A stretch of 64,000 nucleotides of DNA from Halobacteriovoraceae bacterium. Lineage in GTDB: Bacteria > Bdellovibrionota > Bacteriovoracia > Bacteriovoracales > Bacteriovoracaceae. The translations under genes and the position numbers were made by a program. Below, one piece after another: positions 17,005-27,483 of the stretch (the first letter of the stretch is position 1; each line of letters opens with the position of its first letter). Under the pieces are notes generated by a model. The model was not told where the DNA came from. It ran no database searches and saw only the letters and a program-made list of their open reading frames with translations. The stretch lies in the NCBI GenBank assembly GCA_963719505.1, contig CAVRCF010000005.1, positions 640,001-704,000 of the forward strand. The letters run 5' to 3'.

Positions 17005-20000
17005 CTATTGTTTTTTCTCATCCAAAAATTTTGAATATCTTAAAATATATCTTTTTGATAAAAGCTTAAAAATTGAGACATCTTTTTTCTTTGAGATATC
17101 GTCGTGCTTCATTTCAAAATCACTCATTGAGACCGCTTCTTTATCTGATCCTAGATCCTCCATAAACGAGCCGTCATCGCTTCCAAAATCTAGGTCCATT
17201 CCGGGAGTTGTTGCAACTGCTGGACTCGTTGGAACTTTATATCCCGTTGGCAACGAGTCTTTCTTTTCTTCTTTCTTCTCTTCTTCAGAATTCGTAGCAA
17301 TATTTTTCGTCGGAAGCCCACCAATTTGATTCCTTCCAGCATTATCAAGAAGCGTTTTCCTAATTTTAGCGACTCTTTCTTGTAAAGATCCAACACTATC
17401 AGCGATCTTTTTATCTCCGCCTTTCATCATCTTATCGTACTCTTTTCTATTTTTATCGTTCTTAGCACGGATGGCATTATTTAAACTCTCCATTTTACCT
17501 AAAGTCGCATCATCAAATGAATCACCTGTTAATTTTCCATTTGCTCCAAGAGAGTTAAAATCACTCATTAGGTTCGCTCCTTGAACATAAATAGATCCAG
17601 CACCTGAACTAGCTCCCATCTGTAAGGATGGAACAGTAAAATTAGACCTTGGGCGAGTCGGTCCACAAACAGCTGGTGAGTAACCACTTCCGTTCTTCTG
17701 AACACATGCGGTTTTGCCTTTGAATCCGTTCGGATCATTTGGATCAACAGAGGCGAGATTTAGATCAACTCCTCCTCCACCTTCTCCAAGTCCGTTCGTA
17801 TTAACTGCTGATTTTTCGAACTTCTCTTTTTCATTTTTCACAATTTCTAGGTTTTTCTTTGCTTGATCGTAGGAGTCTTTAGTCATTTTAAAAGATACCC
17901 CAGACATGGCACTCAAAGCTGCCCAAGTTATGGTTCGTCCAATTGGTGAGGTTAAACCCGTTCTTTTCATAAATTTTCCAAGCATCCCATGTAGAGTGAC
18001 TATATTACCCGTCAATTTAAGAACACTAGACCATGGACCATCTATTGCACCAGCTCCTGCAGAAACTCCTGCACCAATAAGAGTTGCTCCCAATCCTGCA
18101 TTTGCATTTGGAACAACTAAATCAACAATACCAGCTAAAATATTTTGAAAATTCTTTTTCTTAGGATCAAAAGTTTGATCCTTGTATAAATAATAGAACT
18201 CTTCTTCTATAAACTGATTAATATTTTTCAATATTTTATCAACTTTTAAATTAATTTTTACAATTTTATCAATATTATCTTGAGCACTTATATTTTTACT
18301 AAACTGGAATTGTTCGAAGGCAATTTTTCTAATTTGTGCTTCGAAGGCATTTTTGAAAAAGAACTTTGAATCCTCTAATTCCTTTAGTTTTTTATTGTCC
18401 AGTTGCGGTGTCATCATTGCATTTTTACCAAAAGCAAACAGATTACGAACTTTGATGTCTTTATTTAAAGAGGCAGTACCAGGTGCTGCTGGTACCCCCT
18501 GGATTGGCAAAGTTCCATTCTTTCCTATTTCTAAGCCTTTTGTAGGAAGCAAATCTCTAGGAACACCAATTATTGACTCTACAACAGATTTAACAATCCT
18601 ATTAATTATCGTTGATTTTGTCGTATCTGCTAGTTTACTTTGAATGACTTCATAGTAATTATCAGTCATTGATCCATCTATTGCTTGCTCAATTGGCACC
18701 GTAATACCTGGTCCGCCACAGCAACTCATACCTTTTTTGAAATATATACTCAATGCTGAAGTATATTGCTTTGCAAGGATTCCTGTTGTCGGTCCCGCAG
18801 GAACACAGAGTTCAGCTTGTTTCTCTAGAGCAACGCTACTTGCTTTCAATTTCATAACCTGCGCTCCTGTAGCAACGGAAATCGCTGAAGCCGCTATTTC
18901 ATCGGCAGTCTCAATAGCAATATCCACAGCCCCTGATCCAAGCTCAAAACCTTTACTTAAAGAATCACCAAGAAGATCATTGCCGCTTATTTTAGCGACA
19001 TCAGTTAAAAACTTGGTTGAGGAAACTAGCTCTTTTCCCTTTCTAGCAGTATCCAAAGTAACTTTTAGACCTTGTGCTTGAGCTGCAATTTCATCAGCAG
19101 CTTCATTTGCTCGGGCAGTGATAGAAGTAGCTTTTACACCAATACAAATTCCAACTAGAGCTGAGGCTGTACCAAATGTCCCAGTAGACTGCGCAGTAGC
19201 AAGTGATATGTCTGATATTATCTTGGTTTCTAATGCAGCAAACTTGGCTTGATTTGAAGCCTTTTTTGGAACTTTAATTCCCCACTCCGCTGTGCAAATA
19301 CTATTCATCGACAACATATTAGCGATCTCAATTCCGTCTGAAACACCGTAGCCAATTGAAGAAGCTAAAGCCATTCCCTTTTTAACTTTTAAAGCATCTA
19401 CCTGCCCCTCTATTATTTTAATCAAAGCCTCATAAGCCTTCATTTGTTTATCATCTTCTTTTTGTGCATGGATTTGTTCATCTGAACCATCTTTTGCCTG
19501 GCTACAAAAGCCAGATCAGTTGCTTCTTTTGCAAATTTTGAAACTTGGTATTCGAAACTAAGTCACCAACAACTAAGGATAAACCCGACAGTGCTAGCAA
19601 CAGGTATACCAACCATAGCACCAAAGCTACTGTTTACAATCTCTCCCATATGCAATTGGGTTGTACTTGTATAATCTTTGATAGTTTAACGAATTGATTA
19701 AAATGACACCTGTCAAAGCAACAATATATTGTTCAATAAATCCAGGAAGCTTTTCTAGATATTTTGTCACCCTTTTCGTTGTACCTAGCAGTAGACTTAA
19801 AACTAGTTGCCTTCAAAGCATCATTAAAATCACACCCCGGAACATAATACTCTCCATCGCTCTTGCTCATCAGTTCTACAGTCGGGCTGCAACTGTATCC
19901 TGCGCATAAACGACTCCAACCCTTGGAATCGGCATAAGGACAAAGCTCAGCATCATCACAGAAGATACAAATCCAGTTGTAAGTCTTTTCAGAGAATTTT

Positions 20001-20016
20001 TTAGAGTGTTTTTCAT
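17005..20016 (-). CDS. ~1000-aa secreted protein with Gly/Ala-rich hydrophobic segments; 5' part (about 19440-19890) broken by several frameshifts in this sequence
   Basis: The 812-aa ORF 17005..19443 has no signal peptide. An ATG at 20016 opens MKNTLKNSLKRLTTGFVSSVMMLSFVLMPIPRVGVVYAQDT (signal-peptide-like), and coding-like segments in alternating frames connect the two. Confidence 0.7.
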
Positions 20017-20151
20017 AATTATTTCCAGTGTTTGGTTTAACTCATTTTAACAATAGACGTCTTTCGCCTTAACTAAAAAGAGCCAAACCACTGATAACAC
20101 AAGGAAATCGTTGATTTAGCTCTCTACATTTTGACCACTATATTTGGCTAT

Positions 20152-20910
20152 TTAAGATTTCTTATTCTTTTTTGATTTTTTACCTTTTTTGCCACCCTTT
20201 AACTTCTTAAGGGCGAAAAGAGCTGCGAGCGCAATCCCTCCATAAATCATGAGGTCTTCAGTATCACTTCCATCATCTTTCTTTCTCTTTCTTCCTACTC
20301 CAATATCTGAAAGACCATCTGTAGGAGCGAAGACTTCATCGTCAAAATTTGCTCCTGCATTTTTCTTCCCAAGTCTGAGATCAGCAAGGTTTTGTTTCTT
20401 TTGTCTAAAGACTCTAAGAGTTGCAACAACTTTATCAAAAATACCTTGATAAGATGTAAAGAGCTCTTTAGTGACTGAGAAAGTTACAGCGACACCAAGA
20501 TCTTCTTTAACGGTTGCAAGATAACGAGTATAAAATCCAGGAACCTCAGATGCTAGGTGCAAAGAGTCTGCCCATGAATGGTTATTGATTTGCTTAAGCT
20601 TCGTATACTTCGCTTCAGATCTTTGCATCTTACCGCCTGGTAGCTGATAGGTTTTACCTTTATTAAGATAAGCTTGATACTCAGCAAGAGAGTCTTGCTC
20701 TCCACGAATCTTAGCGGCTAAAATGATAATCGCCTCTTTTCTTCTATCTTGATTTTCAGACTGACAAACCCATTCACTTCCTTCAATTGCACATTGCCAA
20801 CCTGCTGGAAGATCAAATTGAATGTACTGGTTGGAAAACGTCTTTGCGTTCACCGAAAGTGAGAAAAAGCTTAAGATAACGCTTAAAGCTATCAAATTCG
20901 ACCTAATCAT
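20152..20910 (-). CDS. Exported protein (possible PsbP/DcrB-like fold) with C-terminal TM anchor and Lys-rich tail
   Basis: Signal peptide ending VNA, FDLPAGW start of the mature domain, and C-terminal LMIYGGIALAALFAL followed by KKLKGGKKGKKSKK. Confidence 0.75.
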   Translation of the reverse strand: MIRSNLIALSVILSFFSLSVNAKTFSNQYIQFDLPAGWQCAIEGSEWVCQSENQDRRKEAIIILAAKIRGEQDSLAEYQAYLNKGKTYQLPGGKMQRSEAKYTKLKQINNHSWADSLHLASEVPGFYTRYLATVKEDLGVAVTFSVTKELFTSYQGIFDKVVATLRVFRQKKQNLADLRLGKKNAGANFDDEVFAPTDGLSDIGVGRKRKKDDGSDTEDLMIYGGIALAALFALKKLKGGKKGKKSKKNKKS

Positions 20911-21016
20911 GAAATAATCCTTGTCATAAAAAAAATAAATATTTATACCTCAATTTTAATATAGTTTGGCGAACTTACAAAGACTTAAATAATTTACCGC
21001 ACTTAAAAGATGAATA

Positions 21017-21760
21017 ATGAACAATAAAACTCAGAGATTTAATATAGTTGGACCCTGCTCAATGGAAAGCCGTGAGCAAATTGAAGAAGTCTTCAAGGTG
21101 GCACAAAATCTTGGTTTAACCTATGTTCGCGCTCAGGTTTTTAAACCGAGAACAAACCCAAATTCTTTTCAAGGTCTTGCAGATGAGGGAATCTCTATAT
21201 TAAAAGAGCTCAAGTCCTCATACCCAAAGATTAAGTATGTCTGTGAGGTTTGTTCGAATGAGCATTTTGATAAATTAAAAGATGTTGCTTCGGTGATTCA
21301 AATTGGTGCAAGAAATATGCAAAACTTTGAACTTCTAAAATATGTCTCTATGAATTTTAAAAATGATTATGTGCTTTTAAAAAGAGGTTTTTCAAATACT
21401 CAAAAAGAGTGGCTCTCCTCTGCTGATTATCTTATGAGTGGTGGAATTCCAAAAGAGAAAATTATTCTTTGTGAAAGAGGAAGTCGATCTTATACCTCTC
21501 CAACAGGAGTGAGTCTTGATTTTATAAATGCTCTTATGGCCCGCGAAGCTGGATTTAAAGTCATTATCGATTCTAGTCACGGAACTAAGGAAGCTCGTTT
21601 TGTTATTCCTCTAGCGAAAGCTGCTGTGGCCATGAACTTTGATGGTGTCATGATAGAAGCTCATCCTAATCCTTCTGAATCAGTGAGTGATAGAGATCAG
21701 GCGATTGGCCTTGATGAATTAAGTGAGTTTTTTAACGGATTAACCCAGCGCGAGCAATAA
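21017..21760 (+). CDS. DAHP synthase, class I-beta, catalytic barrel only
   Basis: GPCSME, FKPRT..SFQG, QIGARNMQNFELL, LKRG, LCERG, DSSHG and EAHPNP..SD motifs. Confidence 0.88.
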   Translation: MNNKTQRFNIVGPCSMESREQIEEVFKVAQNLGLTYVRAQVFKPRTNPNSFQGLADEGISILKELKSSYPKIKYVCEVCSNEHFDKLKDVASVIQIGARNMQNFELLKYVSMNFKNDYVLLKRGFSNTQKEWLSSADYLMSGGIPKEKIILCERGSRSYTSPTGVSLDFINALMAREAGFKVIIDSSHGTKEARFVIPLAKAAVAMNFDGVMIEAHPNPSESVSDRDQAIGLDELSEFFNGLTQREQ

Positions 21761-22919
21761 CTCCAGGCTTTAACTTTTGCTTTGAAAACTTTTTGGTGAT
21801 TTTAACAATCGACTTTGAAGCCCCAACTTTAACAACATAACCTGATGCAATCAATTGGTTTCCCTCTAAATAATCAAAAAAGTAAAAGTCTACTTTTGAT
21901 CCCTTATCGACACCCGTCTCTAAACCCATATCGACTGAGACAGCCCTTTTACTTTTTGACACTTTCGTAATCGTCCCTTCATATTGGTACTCTTTAAATT
22001 CAGCATCAAACTGCTTGAAGTTATTACTACTAGATTTTCTTCTTACCAGGTTTAGTAAGAATTCATTTCCTAAAACAGTTGAGTTTCCAGATATTCTTGA
22101 GAGCGTTTTAAATTCTACTCTCCACATTGAGCCAATCCCAATATTGATACCAAGATAGGGAGCTGTCCAACTTCTATTTATACTATTAAACTCTGGTGAA
22201 CTCGCTCGAGAAAGCTGTGGTTTTTCTTCAGGATCATCAGAGAATGCATCTTGATTAAGAGAATAAACATTTTCAACGCCAAAAAGCATAGTAAAATATT
22301 GCCAAGCAAAAGCGACTTCAATTTCGGAATAAATCTCGGATGAAAGTTTCTCTCCAGGGTTTCTATACAATACTCTTCCCGAAAAGAAATTTTGATCTTC
22401 GGTCATAAAGGTAAAGCCACCACCAGCTGATAACTCCGTGGACCCCTCGCCTATGGCCGTCGCCTCTGGCACCTCTTGAACTTCACTCACTTCAAAGTAC
22501 TCATTGTCATAGGTGGCATTTCTATAATTGACTTCGAATGAATATTGGAGCTGATTAACCATGGGAAACGAATACTTTAATTGAACAATAATAGATTCAA
22601 GACCGGAGGCAGAAAGCTTTTTTTCTTCATTATCAAAAGTACCACTGGCTTGGACGAGTCTAAAATTGGCACCAATACTTGTTTGCAGTTGGCTTGTGAA
22701 TCCGTACTTAAAATCTAGCAGAAGATCTGTTCTGAAATAACCTTCATTCTCTTCAAAGTCTTCCACTTCGCCATTATCATTTGAAAATTGAGTTGGAATA
22801 AAAAAAGTTGTATTGGCACCAAACTCGGTGCCCTTTTCATCAAGAGTCTCAGTCTTATTGATGTATGATCGCGCCACAGCACCAAAAGAGAGAGAAAATA
22901 ATAACAGAAGTTTTAGCAT
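21732..22919 (-). CDS. Exported protein, probable outer-membrane beta-barrel with a small C-terminal FlgT_C-like beta domain
   Basis: Signal peptide, alternating aromatic beta-strands, and C-terminal VSVDMGLETGVDKG..VVKVG pattern. Confidence 0.55.
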   Translation of the reverse strand: MLKLLLLFSLSFGAVARSYINKTETLDEKGTEFGANTTFFIPTQFSNDNGEVEDFEENEGYFRTDLLLDFKYGFTSQLQTSIGANFRLVQASGTFDNEEKKLSASGLESIIVQLKYSFPMVNQLQYSFEVNYRNATYDNEYFEVSEVQEVPEATAIGEGSTELSAGGGFTFMTEDQNFFSGRVLYRNPGEKLSSEIYSEIEVAFAWQYFTMLFGVENVYSLNQDAFSDDPEEKPQLSRASSPEFNSINRSWTAPYLGINIGIGSMWRVEFKTLSRISGNSTVLGNEFLLNLVRRKSSSNNFKQFDAEFKEYQYEGTITKVSKSKRAVSVDMGLETGVDKGSKVDFYFFDYLEGNQLIASGYVVKVGASKSIVKITKKFSKQKLKPGVIARAGLIR

Positions 22920-22926
22920 TCCATTA

Positions 22927-23526
22927 TTATATGGCAGTACTCTGATATTGTAAAAAGATGTCTTTTGTGTTCTTAAAAGAGATCAAATTTTCCTCTGTTG
23001 TCCAAATTCCATATTTCTTTCTAAATAATGAAATTCCAGTAATCGTCAGATCACTATTATTTTCAAACTCCACTTTAATAGCATCCATAATTTCAATGAG
23101 AGGATCTGTTTGTTTAAATGATCCTAAAGGAAGAAATTGTTTTGGATTGGCCTTGTACTTAACGTTACGTGGAATAAAAGAAGTACAGATATCACGAACA
23201 AGATCCATACAGTGCTCTAAATCCGGAGAGAACTCTGGGTTTAGATAAAGAATATTATTTTTTTTGGTTTGGAGAAAATTGACACCCGTAAAGCTCAGTT
23301 TCAGTGGGGACTCTTGACCAAAGAAAAAGCTATCTAACTCTTCTCTCAATTCATCTTTGCAGCTTTCAAGATCTTCGGCTTGAATTTCGAAAGGCGCTAA
23401 TAGAGACATGTGAGAAAAAGATGCTTTAGTGTAGTTGTGATCAAAGCGCTTTCTAAAGCCTTCAATCTTGCGGGCAAGGTTGTCGTCACTTCTGAAAGTT
23501 AAACCGACAAAGAGTTTTTCATTCAT
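22927..23526 (-). CDS. 2H-phosphoesterase / 2'-5' RNA ligase superfamily protein (start set at MNEK)
   Basis: FRKRFD..SHMSLLAPF first 2H motif and AGGAGG RBS. The second His motif is degenerate. Confidence 0.65.
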   Translation of the reverse strand: MNEKLFVGLTFRSDDNLARKIEGFRKRFDHNYTKASFSHMSLLAPFEIQAEDLESCKDELREELDSFFFGQESPLKLSFTGVNFLQTKKNNILYLNPEFSPDLEHCMDLVRDICTSFIPRNVKYKANPKQFLPLGSFKQTDPLIEIMDAIKVEFENNSDLTITGISLFRKKYGIWTTEENLISFKNTKDIFLQYQSTAI

Positions 23527-23595
23527 ACTATCCTCCTTTAGAGGCAAGCAGACATCGCTCTATACTATTGTAAAATGGAACCTTGGATTATTACA

Positions 23596-23633
23596 AGAAA
23601 AATAAATATAGGGGCAGATAGTTCCTGCCCCTA
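23596..23633 (-). terminator. Intrinsic terminator after eno
   Basis: TAGGGGCAG-N7-CTGCCCCTA followed by a T-rich tract on the minus strand. Confidence 0.75.
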
Positions 23634-23646
23634 CTTGTAATTTTAG

Positions 23647-24937
<1,291 letters not shown>

Positions 24938-25091
24938 AATATATCTCCTTAACTTAATAATTTCGAGCTAGTTTAACTTAAGCATCTATCTTACACACAG
25001 GGCGGCGCATATAGTTAATGAGTCTCTTTTCTTCATGGAAAAATCTGGTAAAGGCTTAGGCTTTAAATTGGTAAATGAGGAGAGAGAAAAC

Positions 25092-25805
25092 CTATTCTTG
25101 ATCCACTCTAACGGGCTGCACAGGCTGCTCGCTAGCACTTGAAGGCGTCCCAAAGAGATTCTTAATAACCACATCTCTCATGCTATCATCCGAGATCTCA
25201 TTCTCATTGGCACTACTGAAGGTTACTTTTACCACTTTAAAAACGTGCTGCTCTACCATGGGATTTGGCATATGCCCTTTTTCTAAAGTGTAATATCCAA
25301 CAACAAATGCTAGTTTGTTGAGATAGTCATCTTTGCTAATAGAAACTTTACTATAGTCGGCTGTGGCCTCAATATCTTTTCGATCCACTTTCATGCTAAT
25401 ACTGTCTGCACAGCCTAGAGCTTGGGTTGTCTGCTCTAGATGACAAATTCTTAATTTTGCATCTGTCTTATAAACATATTTAAAAATATTTTGTTCAACC
25501 ATGGGGTTTGGCATATGACCTTTCTCTTTGGAGATGAAACCATAACTATCAACCGTCATCCCAAGTGAGACACCAGCTTCTTTCATTTTCTGAAATCCAT
25601 CCAGTTTATGCGGATCAAGGCTTGTTATATCAAGATTAAACTTTTCGGTATCTACTGAGACTGATGGAACACAGCCTAAGCTACTTTCTTTACAGAGATT
25701 TATATTCACACGGTTGTATTTCTTTGAATTGATAATATCTTCACTATCCAAAACTTGCGCATATAAGTTGAGAGTAAATAAAGAAATTAGAATCCACTTA
25801 ATCAC
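25092..25805 (-). CDS. Exported protein with a duplicated EKGHMPNPMVEQ motif (GTG start inferred)
   Basis: Signal peptide MIKWILISLFTLNLYA begins 10 bp after the cpaF stop. The ORF-track 5' extension overlaps cpaF and is not credible. Confidence 0.7.
   Translation of the reverse strand: MIKWILISLFTLNLYAQVLDSEDIINSKKYNRVNINLCKESSLGCVPSVSVDTEKFNLDITSLDPHKLDGFQKMKEAGVSLGMTVDSYGFISKEKGHMPNPMVEQNIFKYVYKTDAKLRICHLEQTTQALGCADSISMKVDRKDIEATADYSKVSISKDDYLNKLAFVVGYYTLEKGHMPNPMVEQHVFKVVKVTFSSANENEISDDSMRDVVIKNLFGTPSSASEQPVQPVRVDQE
25248..25526 (-). repeat. Two 36-bp intragenic repeats (25248-25283 and 25491-25526) encoding identical EKGHMPNPMVEQ
   Basis: The 6 nucleotide differences are all synonymous third positions. 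Confidence 0.9.
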
Positions 25806-25815
25806 ATTATGACCT

Positions 25816-26964
25816 TTAAGCTGCCTGCTTTTTCTTATCCGCAACAATATACGGGATAGCCCACTCTGCTGGTTTGAATTTTGATTTTGGAAAGGGAAGT
25901 TTATTGGAAACAAATTCTTCAAACCATGAAGGAATATATCCGCATGGCACCATCTCTCCGATAAAGCGCCCTGTTTCAGGATCTTTACCCGTTTGAATCC
26001 ATCTAAAAATATCTTTTGTTATATATCTTCCATGCTCATCGACTCCGAGAACTTCTGATATATGAGATGTTCGTCGTCCACCATCGTGATAACGAGAACA
26101 TTGAACAATAAGTTGCAGTGATGATGCGACCATTTTTCTAATAGCATCAGCTGGAATTCTTGTCTCACCCATCAGACACAATGTCTCTAAACGAGTACAA
26201 GCATCCAGTGGTGTATTGGCGTGAACTGTACCCATACTCCCCTCATGACCAGTTCCCATGGCATTGAGAAGATCTAGAGCCTCGGGTCCACGAACCTCTC
26301 CGACAATAATTCTATCGGGACGAAGCCTAAGTGCAGATTCAACAAGGTCACGAATTGTGACACCTTTAATCCCACGAACAGGATCTTCTTTTCGCGTTTC
26401 AAATTGAACAACATGCTCAGCGTGAATTTGCAGCTCTACCGCGTCTTCTATAATAATAAGTCTTTGAGTTTTTGGCATACGAGAACCTAGAACATTGAGC
26501 ATTGTCGTTTTACCAGAGCCCGTTCCACCAGAGACGAGAGTATTTTTTCCAAGGTACATACAACAATCTAAAAATCTTGCACCATCTTGAGATAGAGATC
26601 CAAAGTCGATTAGGTCTTTCAGACCAAGCTTTTCTTCGGAGAATTTTCTAATCGCTACAGTCGTACCACTTTTGGCCATAGGAGGGATAACAACTGCTAT
26701 CCTTGAACCATCGGGTAGCCTTGCATCTAATCTTGGATTATCAGCGTCGATTACTCGCCCAACAGATTGAGCAATGGCACGCATTGAAGCCATAAGGGCT
26801 TCTTCATCTGGAAATTTATTTTCGACTTTAAAGACAAGACCTTTTTGTTCAACAAAGATTTCAAAGGGACCGTTAATCATGACCTCAGATACTTCTGGAT
26901 TTTCCAATAAATTCTTTATCGGAGCAAGCAGCGTACCAATGGCATCTTGAAAAACTGAACTCAT
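25816..26964 (-). CDS. cpaF: CpaF/TadA-family pilus assembly ATPase
   Basis: VSEVMING, DARLPDGSR, GGTGSGKTT, IEDAVEL, LRLRPDRIIVGEVRG and GHEGSMGTVHA motifs. Confidence 0.93.
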   Translation of the reverse strand: MSSVFQDAIGTLLAPIKNLLENPEVSEVMINGPFEIFVEQKGLVFKVENKFPDEEALMASMRAIAQSVGRVIDADNPRLDARLPDGSRIAVVIPPMAKSGTTVAIRKFSEEKLGLKDLIDFGSLSQDGARFLDCCMYLGKNTLVSGGTGSGKTTMLNVLGSRMPKTQRLIIIEDAVELQIHAEHVVQFETRKEDPVRGIKGVTIRDLVESALRLRPDRIIVGEVRGPEALDLLNAMGTGHEGSMGTVHANTPLDACTRLETLCLMGETRIPADAIRKMVASSLQLIVQCSRYHDGGRRTSHISEVLGVDEHGRYITKDIFRWIQTGKDPETGRFIGEMVPCGYIPSWFEEFVSNKLPFPKSKFKPAEWAIPYIVADKKKQAA

Positions 26965-26989
26965 TTGTTTCCTTTTCGTTGTTCTTTAA

Positions 26990-27445
26990 TCAATCATAGT
27001 CCCTTGGGGTCCAGTAGCTTGGTTTCTCACTCGCAACTTCCCTTGTGGGCATTATACTTTCAGGCTCTTTACTTTCCGTAGGTTTTTTAAGAACCGTGAT
27101 CAAACCTTTGTAGTGACTAGAGGGACAATAAAACTTGTACTCCCCAGCTTTTTTAAACACCGATTCACCATGGGTGATCTTTCCCTTAGTCGCTTCTAAA
27201 AAGATCTTATGATCTTCAACAACTAAGCACTCCGGTTTATCAATCGTTGAAGTGACAAATAATTTAATTTTGTCTCCTTCAAAAGCCACAATCTTCTGTG
27301 GAAAATATCCGCCCTCGGTTAAGATGACAGAAAACTCTCGATAAGGGTGTTCAAAAACTTCAGCTCTATTTTGAGCATCACTCTTCTTCATTAAACTTAT
27401 CGGTAAAACCAATAAAAATAATAAGAAAAGACATAGATTTTTCAT
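26990..27445 (-). CDS. Exported cupredoxin-domain protein
   Basis: Signal peptide, YFPQKIVAFEGDKIKL and GEYKFYCP..HYKGLITV cupredoxin C-terminal pattern. Confidence 0.7.
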   Translation of the reverse strand: MKNLCLFLLFLLVLPISLMKKSDAQNRAEVFEHPYREFSVILTEGGYFPQKIVAFEGDKIKLFVTSTIDKPECLVVEDHKIFLEATKGKITHGESVFKKAGEYKFYCPSSHYKGLITVLKKPTESKEPESIMPTREVASEKPSYWTPRDYD

Positions 27446-27483
27446 GTTTTCTCCTCAAGGTACTTTCTCATACCTGAGCTTCT

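Noticed and set aside
24938-25091. GC-rich patch GGGCGGCGC upstream of eno as a tRNA or ncRNA
   Set aside because: There is no cloverleaf, T-loop or extended stem.
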